From the NCBI GenBank assembly GCA_902778895.1, contig CACYZF010000010.1, positions 71,785 through 135,784 on the forward strand: a DNA stretch of 64,000 bases, read 5' to 3'. The first letter of the stretch is position 1. Every line of letters begins with the position of its first letter. The stretch comes from an uncultured bacterium (GTDB taxonomy: Bacteria; Verrucomicrobiota; Lentisphaeria; Victivallales; UBA1829). The notes below the pieces were generated by a model. It was not told the origin of the DNA. It worked only from the letters and a program-made list of their open reading frames with translations, and did not search any database. Of this stretch, positions 45,556-55,379 are shown piece after piece. The position numbers and the translations under genes were made by a program.

Positions 45556-46723
45556 TTTCGTAGCGCCGCATATCGCCGTCCTGCCGAAGAGCGGCATCCG
45601 CTATTTCTTCGACCTCGTGAACACCATGTCCGGCGTGATCTCGCTGGGCATCGGCGAGCCCGATTTCGTGTCTCCTTGGTCCGTCTGCGAGGGCACCGTG
45701 TATTCGCTCGAACGCGGCCGCACCCACTACACGTCCAACCTCGGGCTCCTCTCCCTCCGCAAGGCCATCTGCGATTACGTCGCCGAAGAGTTCGGCGTGC
45801 GCTACGCCCCGGAGAACGAATGCCTCGTGACCGTCGGCGTCAGCGAAGCCTTCGACCTCGCCATCCGCGCCATCACCTCGCCCGGCGACGAGATCATCTA
45901 CCACGAACCGTGCTACGTCTCCTACGCCACGGAAATCCGCATGTCCCACGGCGTGCCCGTCCCCGTCTGCACCTACGAGAAGAACCTCTTCGCGCTCGAC
46001 CCTGCCGACCTCGAAAAAGCCGTCACGCCGCGCACCCGCGCCATCATCCTGAACTTCCCGTGCAACCCGACCGGCGCTGTCCTCACGGACGAACAGATGC
46101 GCGACATCGCAAAGATCGCCGTCAAGTACGACCTCGCCGTGATCGCCGACCACATCTATTCCGAGCTGCACTACGACGACCGCCCCATGCACACCGTCGC
46201 CGCCCTCCCCGGCATGCGCGAACGCACCATCTTCCTGCACGGGTTCTCCAAGGCGTTCGCCATGACCGGATTCCGAATCGGCTACGCATGCGGCCCGAAC
46301 AGCATCGTCGACGCCATGATGAAGATCCACCAGTACGCCATGCTCTGCGCCCCCACGACCGCGCAGTACGGCGCCGAAGAGGCGTTGAAGAGCGCCCGCC
46401 CGGACATGCAGCGCATGGTCGCCGAGTACAAGGGGCGCCGCAACGTGATCGTCTCCCGCTTCAACGAAATGGGGCTTTCCTGCTTCAATCCGCAGGGCGC
46501 GTTCTACGTCTTTCCGAACGTCACGTCCACCGGGCTCAGCTCGCAGGATTTCGCCGTGAAGCTGCTCCAGTCGAAGCGCGTCGCAGTCGTCCCCGGCAAC
46601 GCCTTCGGCGCGTGTGGCGAGGGCTACGTACGCTGTTCCTACGCGACCTCGCTGGAGGACATCCGCACCGCCATGGACCGCATCGCGGAATTCCTCGACG
46701 AGCTCAAGACCGAAAAAGCCTGA
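45530..46723 (+). CDS. class I/II pyridoxal-phosphate-dependent aminotransferase (aspartate/alanine aminotransferase-like)
   Basis: ISLGIGEPDF, NFPCNPTG, FSKAFAMTGFRIGY (PLP-lysine motif SKxxxxxGxR). Start overlaps the lrp 3' end. Confidence 0.85.
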   Translation: MSDSRSCRDFVAPHIAVLPKSGIRYFFDLVNTMSGVISLGIGEPDFVSPWSVCEGTVYSLERGRTHYTSNLGLLSLRKAICDYVAEEFGVRYAPENECLVTVGVSEAFDLAIRAITSPGDEIIYHEPCYVSYATEIRMSHGVPVPVCTYEKNLFALDPADLEKAVTPRTRAIILNFPCNPTGAVLTDEQMRDIAKIAVKYDLAVIADHIYSELHYDDRPMHTVAALPGMRERTIFLHGFSKAFAMTGFRIGYACGPNSIVDAMMKIHQYAMLCAPTTAQYGAEEALKSARPDMQRMVAEYKGRRNVIVSRFNEMGLSCFNPQGAFYVFPNVTSTGLSSQDFAVKLLQSKRVAVVPGNAFGACGEGYVRCSYATSLEDIRTAMDRIAEFLDELKTEKA

Positions 46724-46750
46724 TTCCACCTGAACACGATCAAAAATATC

Positions 46751-46786
46751 GCCCGTTCAAGTCTCAAGATCTGAACGGGCTTTTTT
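46751..46786 (+). terminator. rho-independent terminator between convergent aminotransferase and amidohydrolase genes
   Basis: 9-bp stem GCCCGTTCA / TGAACGGGC followed by TTTTTT. Confidence 0.8.
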
Positions 46787-46802
46787 CGACTGAATCAGGA
46801 AA

Positions 46803-48323
46803 TCAGACAAGGGCGCGGCCGGCGCGTTTGCCTCCGTCGGTCGGTTCGCCGTTCACGTACACGCGGACGATCCCCTCGGCGGGGGTATGCGGATGGGCGA
46901 AATCCGCCTTGCAGTCCAGTTTCGCGGGATCGAACACGGTCAGGTCGGCGAAACAGCCGGGCTTGATGATGCCGCGGTCCTTCAGGCGGAACAGCGAGGC
47001 GGGGAACGAGGTCACGCGGCGGATGGTCTCCGGCAGGCCGCACAGCTCCGAGGTCATCTTCAGGAAGAGCGGGAACGACCCGAACGAACGCGGATGGCCG
47101 CGCCCGAGCGATTCGTCAAGCGGACGCGCGTTCTCGTCCGTGCCGCAGCACACCCACGGCTCCGCCAGGATTCTTTTCAGATTCTTCGGCGACATCCCCC
47201 CGAACGCCGCCATCGCCCGCGCGCCGTCGTCCCGCAGGACTTGAACGGCAAAGGACGCGGCGGAGGATATTCCGGCGCGGACGGCGCAATCCTCGAGCGT
47301 GAGGCCGCAGTACGGCAGGAATTCCGGTTTGGACACCGCCGTCAGGATCGCGCGCTTCACGCGATGGGAATCCGCCAGCTCATCGATCAGACGTTCGCAT
47401 TCGGCAGGATCGCCGCTCAGTTTCTCCTGGATTTCGCGGTCGCGCATGGAATCGTAGCGCGGCGGCAGGATCACGCTCAAGCTCGTCTGGGAGTACGTAT
47501 ACGGATAACGGTCAGCGGTAATGCGCAGACCATTCACACGGGCTTTCTCCAACAGCTCCAGCGCGGCGTCGAGCTTGCCCCAGTTCGCCTCGCCCGCCGT
47601 CTTGAAGTGGCTCACGTGGAGACGTCCGCTGCCAGCCGAAGCGAACGCGACGGCCTCCTCCAGCGATTCGAGCAGGCGCGCGCCCTCGCTCCTGAGGTGC
47701 GTCGTATAGATCGCGTCTGTTGGCTTCAGGACGGCAGCCAGACGCAGCAAGTCGCTTGGCGGCACGGTGCGTCCCGGCGCGTACAGAAGCCCGCTGGAAA
47801 GCCCGGGGCATCCCGCCGCCAGCATCTTATCGAGCGCAGCACACTGGTCTTCGATTTGAGGATACGCCGCACACAGGGCATTGTGTCCGCACAGCACGGC
47901 GAAATTCACCGCCGGGCAAACGCGTTCGACCGCTTCGCAGTAATCCCGCCAGTTGCTCCACGACGGCTTCACGCCGACCGCGGCGCAGTCCGACACAATC
48001 TGGTCGGCGTTGTGTTCAGTTATGGGAAACAGCGAATGTCCGCAGTTGCCCATAATCTCTGTGGTAATCCCCTGCGTGCGCTTGCTGAAGGCGTCGGGCG
48101 CGGCGAGCAGCGTGGCGTCTGAGTGCGAATGCGCGTCGATGAATCCGGGCGAGACAACGCATCCCTGCGCGTCGAAGACTTCGGCGTCATTCACGCCGGA
48201 AATCTCCCCGTCCGGGACGACCTCGGCGATCCGGTCGCCGTCGATGCGGATGGCCCCGGGGTAAACGTCGCCCCCAGTCCCGTCGCAGATCAGCACATTC
48301 CGGATGATCCGCACGGCGTTCAC
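46803..48323 (-). CDS. N-acyl-D-amino-acid deacylase (D-aminoacylase) family amidohydrolase
   Basis: VSPGFIDAHSHSD metal-binding motif, YTTHLRSEG, HVSHFK, DRYPY; length is typical for the family. Confidence 0.75.
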   Translation of the reverse strand: MNAVRIIRNVLICDGTGGDVYPGAIRIDGDRIAEVVPDGEISGVNDAEVFDAQGCVVSPGFIDAHSHSDATLLAAPDAFSKRTQGITTEIMGNCGHSLFPITEHNADQIVSDCAAVGVKPSWSNWRDYCEAVERVCPAVNFAVLCGHNALCAAYPQIEDQCAALDKMLAAGCPGLSSGLLYAPGRTVPPSDLLRLAAVLKPTDAIYTTHLRSEGARLLESLEEAVAFASAGSGRLHVSHFKTAGEANWGKLDAALELLEKARVNGLRITADRYPYTYSQTSLSVILPPRYDSMRDREIQEKLSGDPAECERLIDELADSHRVKRAILTAVSKPEFLPYCGLTLEDCAVRAGISSAASFAVQVLRDDGARAMAAFGGMSPKNLKRILAEPWVCCGTDENARPLDESLGRGHPRSFGSFPLFLKMTSELCGLPETIRRVTSFPASLFRLKDRGIIKPGCFADLTVFDPAKLDCKADFAHPHTPAEGIVRVYVNGEPTDGGKRAGRALV

Positions 48324-49003
48324 CTGGCGATCACACCGTCTTTCAGCACGATCGCGCGGTCGGCGATATCGGCGACGCCCCGGTCGTGCGTGACCATCAC
48401 GATGGTCGTGCCGTGCCCTTCCACGAGCTTGCGGAAGAGGGTGAGGATGCCTTTCCCCGTCTTGGAGTCGAGGTTGCCGGTCGGCTCGTCCGCCAGCAGG
48501 AGGCGCGGTTCGTTCATCATGGCGCGCGCGATAGCGGCGCGCTGCTGTTCGCCGCCGGACATTTCATTGGCGCGGTGCCCGATGCGGTCCTTCAGACCGA
48601 CGCGCTCCAGCAGGTCGAGGGCGCGCGCCTTGCATTCGCGCGGCGGCTTGCCGTCGAGCAGCGAGGGCAGCATCACGTTTTCGAGGATATTGAGCTCGGG
48701 CAGGATATGGTAGGACTGGAACACGAATCCGATGTTCTTGCGGCGGAACGCGACCAGTTTCGAGGCGGACAGCTCGGCGGGGTTCACGCCGTCGATCATG
48801 ATGGAGCCTTCGTCCGGGCGCGAGATCGTGCCGATGATGTCGAGCAGGGTCGTCTTGCCGCTCCCCGACGCCCCGAGCAGCACGGTCCACTCGCCGCGCC
48901 CCGCATCGAACGACACGCCGCGCAGGACCTTGATCACGGACGACCCGATCTTGAACTGTTTGGAAACGGACCGGACGGACAGGAAATCGCTGGTATCACT
49001 CAT
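48320..49003 (-). CDS. lolD: lipoprotein-releasing system ATP-binding protein LolD-like ABC ATPase
   Basis: GASGSGKTTLL, LSGGEQQRAAIARA, LLLADEPTGNLD, VTHD. Overlaps the LolC/E-type permease gene by 8 nt. Confidence 0.75.
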   Translation of the reverse strand: MSDTSDFLSVRSVSKQFKIGSSVIKVLRGVSFDAGRGEWTVLLGASGSGKTTLLDIIGTISRPDEGSIMIDGVNPAELSASKLVAFRRKNIGFVFQSYHILPELNILENVMLPSLLDGKPPRECKARALDLLERVGLKDRIGHRANEMSGGEQQRAAIARAMMNEPRLLLADEPTGNLDSKTGKGILTLFRKLVEGHGTTIVMVTHDRGVADIADRAIVLKDGVIAR

Positions 49004-50312
49004 AGCGCAGGGCCTTTGCTGGATCGAGGTTGGCGGCGCGGATCGCGGGAACCAGCGCGCCGCAGGTGCAGAGCAGGATCGAGATCACGGAGATCAGCGC
49101 CACGTCGCCCCACACGATGTGCGCGGGCAGTTCGCTGAAGAGGTAAAGCTCCTTCGGGAATATCTCCTGGCCCGTGATCGCGCGCATTGCGTACAGGATA
49201 TTCATGCGGAACACCACGACCAGCCAGCCGAGGAACACCCCGCCTGCCGTGCCGATCACGCCCACGAAGAACCCCTGCATGATGAAGACGCGCATGATCG
49301 AGAACGAACCCGCGCCCATGCTTTTCAGCAGTCCGACCTCCTTCGTCTTCTGGATCACGGTCGTGATGAGCGTATTCGCGATGCTGAACGCCGCCACGAG
49401 CACGATGAAGACCAGCAGGAAGAACATCATGTTCTTCTCCACCGCCAGCACGCTCAGGAGCTGGCCGTTCAGCTGCTTCCAGGAGTACACCATCACGTCC
49501 GGGTGGCTCTTCGACAGCTGATCGCGCAGCGGCGCCAGGAAGCCGTCGATGTGGAACGGATCGTCCACCCACACATAAACGTGCGTGGCGCAGCCCCAGT
49601 CCAGCCCGAACAGCTGGTCGGCGTCGTCAAGCGAGAGGAACATGATGTCGCGGTCGTAGTCGTACTTATCGAAGCTGAAGATGAACGACACGGTGTACTC
49701 GCCCGGCAGATAGTATTCGGATTTGTCGGATATTTTGTACTTGCCCGATTCGTCGCGTTCGATGAGCTTGGCGAGGCGCGACGGCGAGTGCAGGAGCACC
49801 TTGCTGCCGACCGAAAGCCCGAACTCGTTCGCGATGACCTGGCTGACCGCGATCTCGCCGCGTCCGAGGGAGTATTCGCCCTGCTTCACCACGCTTTTCA
49901 GGTCAAGTCCGGCAGTGTCCATGTCGGGATCGAACGCCGCTAGCACCTTCGGATTGAACGCCTCCTTCACCTGGAGCAGCACGGGCGAAACCAGCAGAGG
50001 CAGCGCCTTGCCGCCGTTCTGCTTCACGATGTTGACCACGTCCTCCGCCTCTTCGGAGAAGAACACCCCGGCGTTGCCGCGGGGATTGGTCGAATAATGC
50101 CGCGTGGGCTTGCGGATCTGGGCGTGCGACCCGGTCTCCAGCAGTTTGATCTTCGTCTGGTCGGTGAAACCGGTCATGACGGCAAGCACTACGATCAGCA
50201 CCGCCACGCCCAGGATCACACCGATCACGGAGATCAGCGTGATCACGCTGACCGCACTGCGTTTCGGCTTGAAGTACCGCCACGCCAGAAAACATTCCGT
50301 CCGAACACTCAT
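48996..50312 (-). CDS. LolC/LolE-family lipoprotein-releasing system permease (MacB_PCD + FtsX)
   Basis: FLAWRYFKPKRSAVSVITLISVIGVILGV N-terminus; C-terminal FtsX domain (LKSMGAGSFSIMRVFIMQG). Start moved to Met 50312 because a promoter at 50413-50441 lies inside the longer ORF. Confidence 0.8.
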   Translation of the reverse strand: MSVRTECFLAWRYFKPKRSAVSVITLISVIGVILGVAVLIVVLAVMTGFTDQTKIKLLETGSHAQIRKPTRHYSTNPRGNAGVFFSEEAEDVVNIVKQNGGKALPLLVSPVLLQVKEAFNPKVLAAFDPDMDTAGLDLKSVVKQGEYSLGRGEIAVSQVIANEFGLSVGSKVLLHSPSRLAKLIERDESGKYKISDKSEYYLPGEYTVSFIFSFDKYDYDRDIMFLSLDDADQLFGLDWGCATHVYVWVDDPFHIDGFLAPLRDQLSKSHPDVMVYSWKQLNGQLLSVLAVEKNMMFFLLVFIVLVAAFSIANTLITTVIQKTKEVGLLKSMGAGSFSIMRVFIMQGFFVGVIGTAGGVFLGWLVVVFRMNILYAMRAITGQEIFPKELYLFSELPAHIVWGDVALISVISILLCTCGALVPAIRAANLDPAKALRYE

Positions 50313-50412
50313 TCCGTGTGAATTCCAAATTGTTTCGCGGGACGGACGCGCCACCCCGGCAGGTTGCAAAAACTGGGGGCATCCGGAAGACGCCCGAATA
50401 ATATAGAAATAA

Positions 50413-50441
50413 AATATACCTTGAATTCGCGCTTTTTTCAA
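50413..50441 (-). promoter_or_regulatory. sigma70-type promoter for the lolE-lolD operon
   Basis: Minus strand reads TTGAAA-N17-TATATT. Confidence 0.45.
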
Positions 50442-50450
50442 GCCGTCCTG

Positions 50451-50479
50451 TTGCCTTTTTCCGGTTCCCGCGCTATATT
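50451..50479 (+). promoter_or_regulatory. sigma70-type promoter for the U32 peptidase-family gene
   Basis: TTGCCT-N17-TATATT; the -10 ends only 9 nt before the ATG at 50489. Confidence 0.45.
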
Positions 50480-50488
50480 ATTTTCATT

Positions 50489-52714
50489 ATGCAGAACTTC
50501 ATGCCGCACAAACCTGAACTCCTCGCGCCCGCCGGAAACGCCGCCTGCGCCCTCGCCGCCTACGACGCGGGGGCCGACGCCGTGTACGCCGGGCTCAAGC
50601 GATTCAACGCCCGCGAACGCACCGGCAACTTCACGCCGGACGAAATGGCGCGGGTGATCCGCTACGCCCACAAAAACGGCCGGAAGTTCTACGTGACGCT
50701 GAACACGCTCATCAAGGAAAGCGAGGTCCCGGAGGCTGCGGAAATGCTCGCCGTGCTCGACCGCATGCACCCGGACGCCGTGATCGTGCAGGATTTGGGC
50801 GTGGTCGCCATGCTCCGCGATTATTTCCCGCGCCTGACCATCCACGCCTCCACGCAAACCGGCATCCACAATACCGCCGGGCTGGAGCTCGCGCATGAAC
50901 TCGGCGTAAAACGCGTGATCCTCGAACGCCAGACGTCGCTGTCTGAACTGGAAGCCATCGCCGCCTCAAAACCGCCCGTCGAGCTCGAAGTCTTCATCCA
51001 CGGCGCGCTCTGCTGCTGCATCTCCGGTTCCTGCCTGCTCTCCAGCTGGCTCGGCGGCTGGAGCGGCAACCGCGGCAAGTGCAAACAGCCCTGCCGCCGC
51101 CGCTACCATACGGACAAGGGCAACGGGTTCTACCTCTCCGTGCAGGACCTCTGCACGATGGAGCTGCTGCCGCGCATCGCCGCGACCGGCGTCGCGTCCG
51201 TCAAGATCGAGGGACGCCTGCGCCGTTCCGACTATGTGGAACACGCCGTGTCCGCCTACCGGATGCTGCTCGACGCGACGAGCGAGGAGGAGTTCAAGTC
51301 CCTGCTGCCGGCAGCCCGCGACCGCATGGCGCACACGTTCGGGCGCAAATGGTCGGAAGGCTTCTACACGGCGGCCTCGGCGAAGACGCTCGTCAAGCAC
51401 GATTCGCTCGGCGCGTCCGGCCAGCTCTGCGGCACGGTCGTCTCCGCGAAGGACGGGCTCGCCGTCATCGACGTGACGAAGCGCATCCACCTCGGCGACG
51501 TGCTCCGCATCCAGCCGCGTTCCGGCGACGAAGGCCCCGCGGTCTCGGTCACTTCGCTTATGGTCAACGGCGTCCGCGTGAACCGCGCGCTTCAGGGCGA
51601 ACGCTGCACGATACGGCTGGCGGCGGATACGACGGCCGCGCCGGGTTCGATCGTCTACAAGACCGGCGAATCCACCTCGGATTATTCGCGACGCGTGGCG
51701 TCGCTCCCCGCGCCCCGTCCCGAGATTCCTCTCAAATTGTCCCTCGACGCCTCCGGTCTGACCGCCGGCCTCTGCGGACGCACGTTCCGCAAACCGCTCG
51801 AGCTCGCGCCCGCCACGGCACATCCTGTCACCCCGGACACACTCGCGGCGGCGTTCGAGGGCGAAGGCTCCCCGGATTTTGTTTTCTCGCCCGTTCATGC
51901 CGAAGTCGACGGCGGGTTCTTCCTGCCCGCAAGCGTGCTGAAATCCGTCCGGCGCGAACTTACGGCGTTCGCCGAGGACATCCCCGTTGCCGAACGCCCC
52001 GATCCAGCCGCGGATTCCCTGAAACGTCTCCTCGCCGACTACAAAACGTTCCGCAGTCAGGCCGGTTCCGCTTCAACGGTTGAAAACATCATCCTGCCGC
52101 GCGGCGTCCGGCCGCCCTCCCCCTGCATGACCGTCGTCCGCGAACTCGCCGACGATCCGTCGCCGCACGAGGAACTCCTCCTGCCGTTCTACATCCCGCA
52201 GAAATCCCTGCCGAACGTCGCCACCGCGCTCGACCGATTCGTCAGGAAAGGCGGAAAGAGCGTCCGCGCGACCTCGATCCAGCATTTCACGCTCTTGAAA
52301 AAATACCCTGATTTAACCATCCGTACCGGATTCCCCCTGCCCTGCTGCAATTCCTTCGCGGCGCGCGAACTCGGTCGCCTCGGCGCATCCTCGGTGCAGG
52401 CGTGGGTCGAACTCGAACGCGCCGAACTCGAGGCGTTCGCCCGCAAGTCGCCCGTCCCCGCCGAACAGTTCATCTTCGGCCGTCCGGTCCTGCTTTCCAC
52501 ACGTGCCGCGATCCAGGTCGACGGCGACATGCAGGACGCCCGCGGCAACGTCTTCCGCGTCTCGCGTCACGGCGTGCTCACGCAGATCACGGCGGACAAG
52601 GTGATGGGGCTTCCGCACGTCAGCGGATTCGCCGCGTATCTGACCGACCTGCGGGACGCCCGCGCCGACGAGCCCGGCGAAGCGCTCTTCAATTTCGACT
52701 ACGAACTGAAGTGA
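50489..52714 (+). CDS. peptidase U32 family protein (long form, 741 aa)
   Basis: KPELLAPAGN, AGADAVY, RFNARE, YVTLNT and a Cys cluster (HGALCCCISGSCLLSS...GNRGKCKQPCR), all typical of U32 (YhbU/YegQ-type). The C-terminal half is not recognised. Confidence 0.8.
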   Translation: MQNFMPHKPELLAPAGNAACALAAYDAGADAVYAGLKRFNARERTGNFTPDEMARVIRYAHKNGRKFYVTLNTLIKESEVPEAAEMLAVLDRMHPDAVIVQDLGVVAMLRDYFPRLTIHASTQTGIHNTAGLELAHELGVKRVILERQTSLSELEAIAASKPPVELEVFIHGALCCCISGSCLLSSWLGGWSGNRGKCKQPCRRRYHTDKGNGFYLSVQDLCTMELLPRIAATGVASVKIEGRLRRSDYVEHAVSAYRMLLDATSEEEFKSLLPAARDRMAHTFGRKWSEGFYTAASAKTLVKHDSLGASGQLCGTVVSAKDGLAVIDVTKRIHLGDVLRIQPRSGDEGPAVSVTSLMVNGVRVNRALQGERCTIRLAADTTAAPGSIVYKTGESTSDYSRRVASLPAPRPEIPLKLSLDASGLTAGLCGRTFRKPLELAPATAHPVTPDTLAAAFEGEGSPDFVFSPVHAEVDGGFFLPASVLKSVRRELTAFAEDIPVAERPDPAADSLKRLLADYKTFRSQAGSASTVENIILPRGVRPPSPCMTVVRELADDPSPHEELLLPFYIPQKSLPNVATALDRFVRKGGKSVRATSIQHFTLLKKYPDLTIRTGFPLPCCNSFAARELGRLGASSVQAWVELERAELEAFARKSPVPAEQFIFGRPVLLSTRAAIQVDGDMQDARGNVFRVSRHGVLTQITADKVMGLPHVSGFAAYLTDLRDARADEPGEALFNFDYELK

Positions 52715-52745
52715 TACTTTTTTTTCAAAAAAACATGGTCCGCTA

Positions 52746-52773
52746 TTGATTTACCGCGAGTTTGTGATATATT
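52746..52773 (+). promoter_or_regulatory. sigma70-type promoter for the lipoprotein gene
   Basis: TTGATT-N16-TATATT. Confidence 0.4.
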
Positions 52774-52819
52774 GCTGTTTGACTTCTTTTTTCGCAACCT
52801 TCCGGAAAGGCTTTCTCTC

Positions 52820-53686
52820 ATGACAAGATTCCTCTCTTCCGTTTTTCTTCTCGTATGCTGCGCCATACTCTCCGCGTGCCAGCTCTCCGACGCCGAGATC
52901 GAGGTGATGCTCGGGCTGAACGATCCCGGCGAACCCGCCGACCTCACTGTGGAACAGCTCATCAAGCACATGGAGGCCGCGACCGACCCCGAGGGGAACT
53001 TCAAAAACTCCAAGTCCTACATCCTCCGCCAGGTCATCGTGGAGGAATCCCAGAAGGATGTCGACGACAACCCGTTCACCCAGCGCACCCGGACATCCGT
53101 CGACCAGTACGAGACCGAAATCAAGTTCCGCAAACCAGATTTCCAGCGTCAGATCTCCTACCGCAACGGCGAACCGTTCGCCTCGCTGCTGTACAAGGGT
53201 GGCCGCGCCTGGACCATTGACCCGAAGAAGGGCAAGGCCACCGAGATCACCGGCCATCAGCTCCGTCTGTTCCACATCTTCAACTCGTTCTCCCATCCGA
53301 ACAACAATCTTGAGGATGTTTTCAGCACCATCGAAATCTCCACCGTCTACCTCAACGCCGCGCGCCATTACCGCGTTGTCTGCCGCGCCGACGACGTCGA
53401 GATCGCGCCGTATGTGATGTACGTCAACGCGAATACGTTCATCACCACAAAAATGGAGACCATCCTGTACACGGACGGCGGAGAGGAATTCCTTTACGTC
53501 GCCCAGCCCGACCGCTTCGAAAAACGCAGCGGCGTCGTGATGCCGACCATCACGAAGACGACCATCGGCGAGGATCGCCACGAAGTCATCCTGCTTCGCG
53601 AATTCGAACTGAACGTCACGTTCAGCGACGATGTCTTCCAGGTGCCGGAGAACAAGATCAAGATCGGCCGCAAGAAAGAGGAATGA
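52820..53686 (+). CDS. lipoprotein of unknown function
   Basis: Internal Met followed by lipobox LSAC (MTRFLSSVFLLVCCAILSAC). Beta-rich mature part; no family motif recognised. Confidence 0.6.
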   Translation: MTRFLSSVFLLVCCAILSACQLSDAEIEVMLGLNDPGEPADLTVEQLIKHMEAATDPEGNFKNSKSYILRQVIVEESQKDVDDNPFTQRTRTSVDQYETEIKFRKPDFQRQISYRNGEPFASLLYKGGRAWTIDPKKGKATEITGHQLRLFHIFNSFSHPNNNLEDVFSTIEISTVYLNAARHYRVVCRADDVEIAPYVMYVNANTFITTKMETILYTDGGEEFLYVAQPDRFEKRSGVVMPTITKTTIGEDRHEVILLREFELNVTFSDDVFQVPENKIKIGRKKEE

Positions 53687-53816
53687 AATACTCGGTCGGA
53701 AGAATGACCGTTCTGTAAGATGCAATCGCCGGAATCGTTGTCCAGACGGGTCCGGCGGTTCTGTTTTAAGCGGAATCGAAAAGACCGATGTCTGATGCGG
53801 CAGGGGAAGCGCCTGC

Positions 53817-55367
53817 TCACTTGCGCCAGAAGGACGGCAGGAAGAGCACGAGGATCGTGAAGAGCTCAAGACGTCCGATCAGCATTTCGAACGCGGACAG
53901 GAGTTTCGCAGCCGGACTGAGCCAGTCGAAATCGCATGCCGGGCCGACCTGCGCCGCGCCGGGTCCGACGTTGCTGAGGCTGGTGATGGAGATCGACACC
54001 GCGGATTCCCAGGTGCATTCCGGGCAGACGGCGGGGATCAGCAGCGCAAACAGCAGGATGACGCCCATGTAGGCGGCGAAGAAAGCGACGGTTTTCTGGA
54101 CGGCGGGCGCCTTCAGGCGGATGTTGTTCAGGTACACGCCCGTGACGAGCTGCGGGAAGATATTGTGTTTGACCTCGGTCAGGCTCTGCCGCCACACCAG
54201 CAGCGCGCGGACGCATTTGAGGCCGCCCGAAGTCGAGCCGCCGCAGCCGCCGATCACGGAAATACCGAGAAGCAGCGCAACCGCAATGGACGGCCATAGG
54301 CAATAGTCCCCGATCGCAAACCCGGTTGAGGTCATGAGGGAAACCGACTGGAACGCCGCGTCGCGGAACGCCCGTCCGACGACGGCCATGGACGACAGGA
54401 AGCCCTGCTCCGCGGTAACGTTATATGCATCCCCCTGAAGCAGCAGGGCGACCGCGATGATGCAGCTGACGCCCGCGAGGATCGACGTGTACACACGGAA
54501 TTCCTCGTCGCGGAAATACGACAGCGTCTTGCCGGACAGAAGCCGCACGTGCAGGTAGAAATTGACGCCGGAAATGAACATGAAGAACATGACGATCAAC
54601 GTAATGGGCGTGCTGTGGAACGCCGCGATGCTGTCCTGACGCGTGCAGAACCCGCCGGTCGAGATCGTCGTGAAGGAGTTGCAGACCGCCTCATACAGAT
54701 CCATTCCGGCGAAACGCAGCAGGACGACCTCGCAGGCGGTAAGCCCGACGTAGATCAGCCACAGGATCTTCGCAGAGGACGTGATGCGCGGGGCGATCTG
54801 CGTGTCGGAGGACTTCAGACCGGGCGTCTCCGCGTTGTACAGCATCTGGCCGCCGCGGTTGAACATCGGCAGGACGGCCAGCGCGAGCACCACGATCCCC
54901 ATGCCGCCCAGCCACGATTCCAGCGCGCGCCAGAAGACCACGCCGCGCGACAGGCTCTCCACGCCGTCCGTCAGCACGGACCCGTTCGTCAGATGGTATC
55001 CGCGGTGGATCAGCGCCGCGCCGGTCGTCGTGAACCCGGAGACGGACTCGAAAAAGGCGTCGTACCACGGCATTCCCGCCACGAAAAGGAACGGCAGGCC
55101 GCCCAGAATCGAGGCGGCGAGCCATCCGAACGCCGCGACCGCGTAGCCTTCGCGCAATCCGGCCTTGCGGTGCTGTTCCGTACGGGGCCGGAACGCGATG
55201 CATCCGGCCGCGCCGGCGACAAGCGTGACGGCGGCGCAGATCAGAAGCGCGCGGACGTCGCCCGTCGAATCGTGACGGAAGAAACCGACGATGCCGGACA
55301 CGGTTTCCATGAGGCCGACCGCGGCGGAAATCACGCAGATGAAGAAAAGTATGAGCCTGTGGTTCAT
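53817..55367 (-). CDS. trkH: TrkH-family potassium uptake protein
   Basis: ~10-12 TM with repeated M1-P-M2 units and selectivity-filter-like GFTTTGA / TGGF / STGF / VGPG segments. Adjacent to trkA. Confidence 0.9.
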   Translation of the reverse strand: MNHRLILFFICVISAAVGLMETVSGIVGFFRHDSTGDVRALLICAAVTLVAGAAGCIAFRPRTEQHRKAGLREGYAVAAFGWLAASILGGLPFLFVAGMPWYDAFFESVSGFTTTGAALIHRGYHLTNGSVLTDGVESLSRGVVFWRALESWLGGMGIVVLALAVLPMFNRGGQMLYNAETPGLKSSDTQIAPRITSSAKILWLIYVGLTACEVVLLRFAGMDLYEAVCNSFTTISTGGFCTRQDSIAAFHSTPITLIVMFFMFISGVNFYLHVRLLSGKTLSYFRDEEFRVYTSILAGVSCIIAVALLLQGDAYNVTAEQGFLSSMAVVGRAFRDAAFQSVSLMTSTGFAIGDYCLWPSIAVALLLGISVIGGCGGSTSGGLKCVRALLVWRQSLTEVKHNIFPQLVTGVYLNNIRLKAPAVQKTVAFFAAYMGVILLFALLIPAVCPECTWESAVSISITSLSNVGPGAAQVGPACDFDWLSPAAKLLSAFEMLIGRLELFTILVLFLPSFWRK

Positions 55368-55379
55368 AAGCCAGACGCG

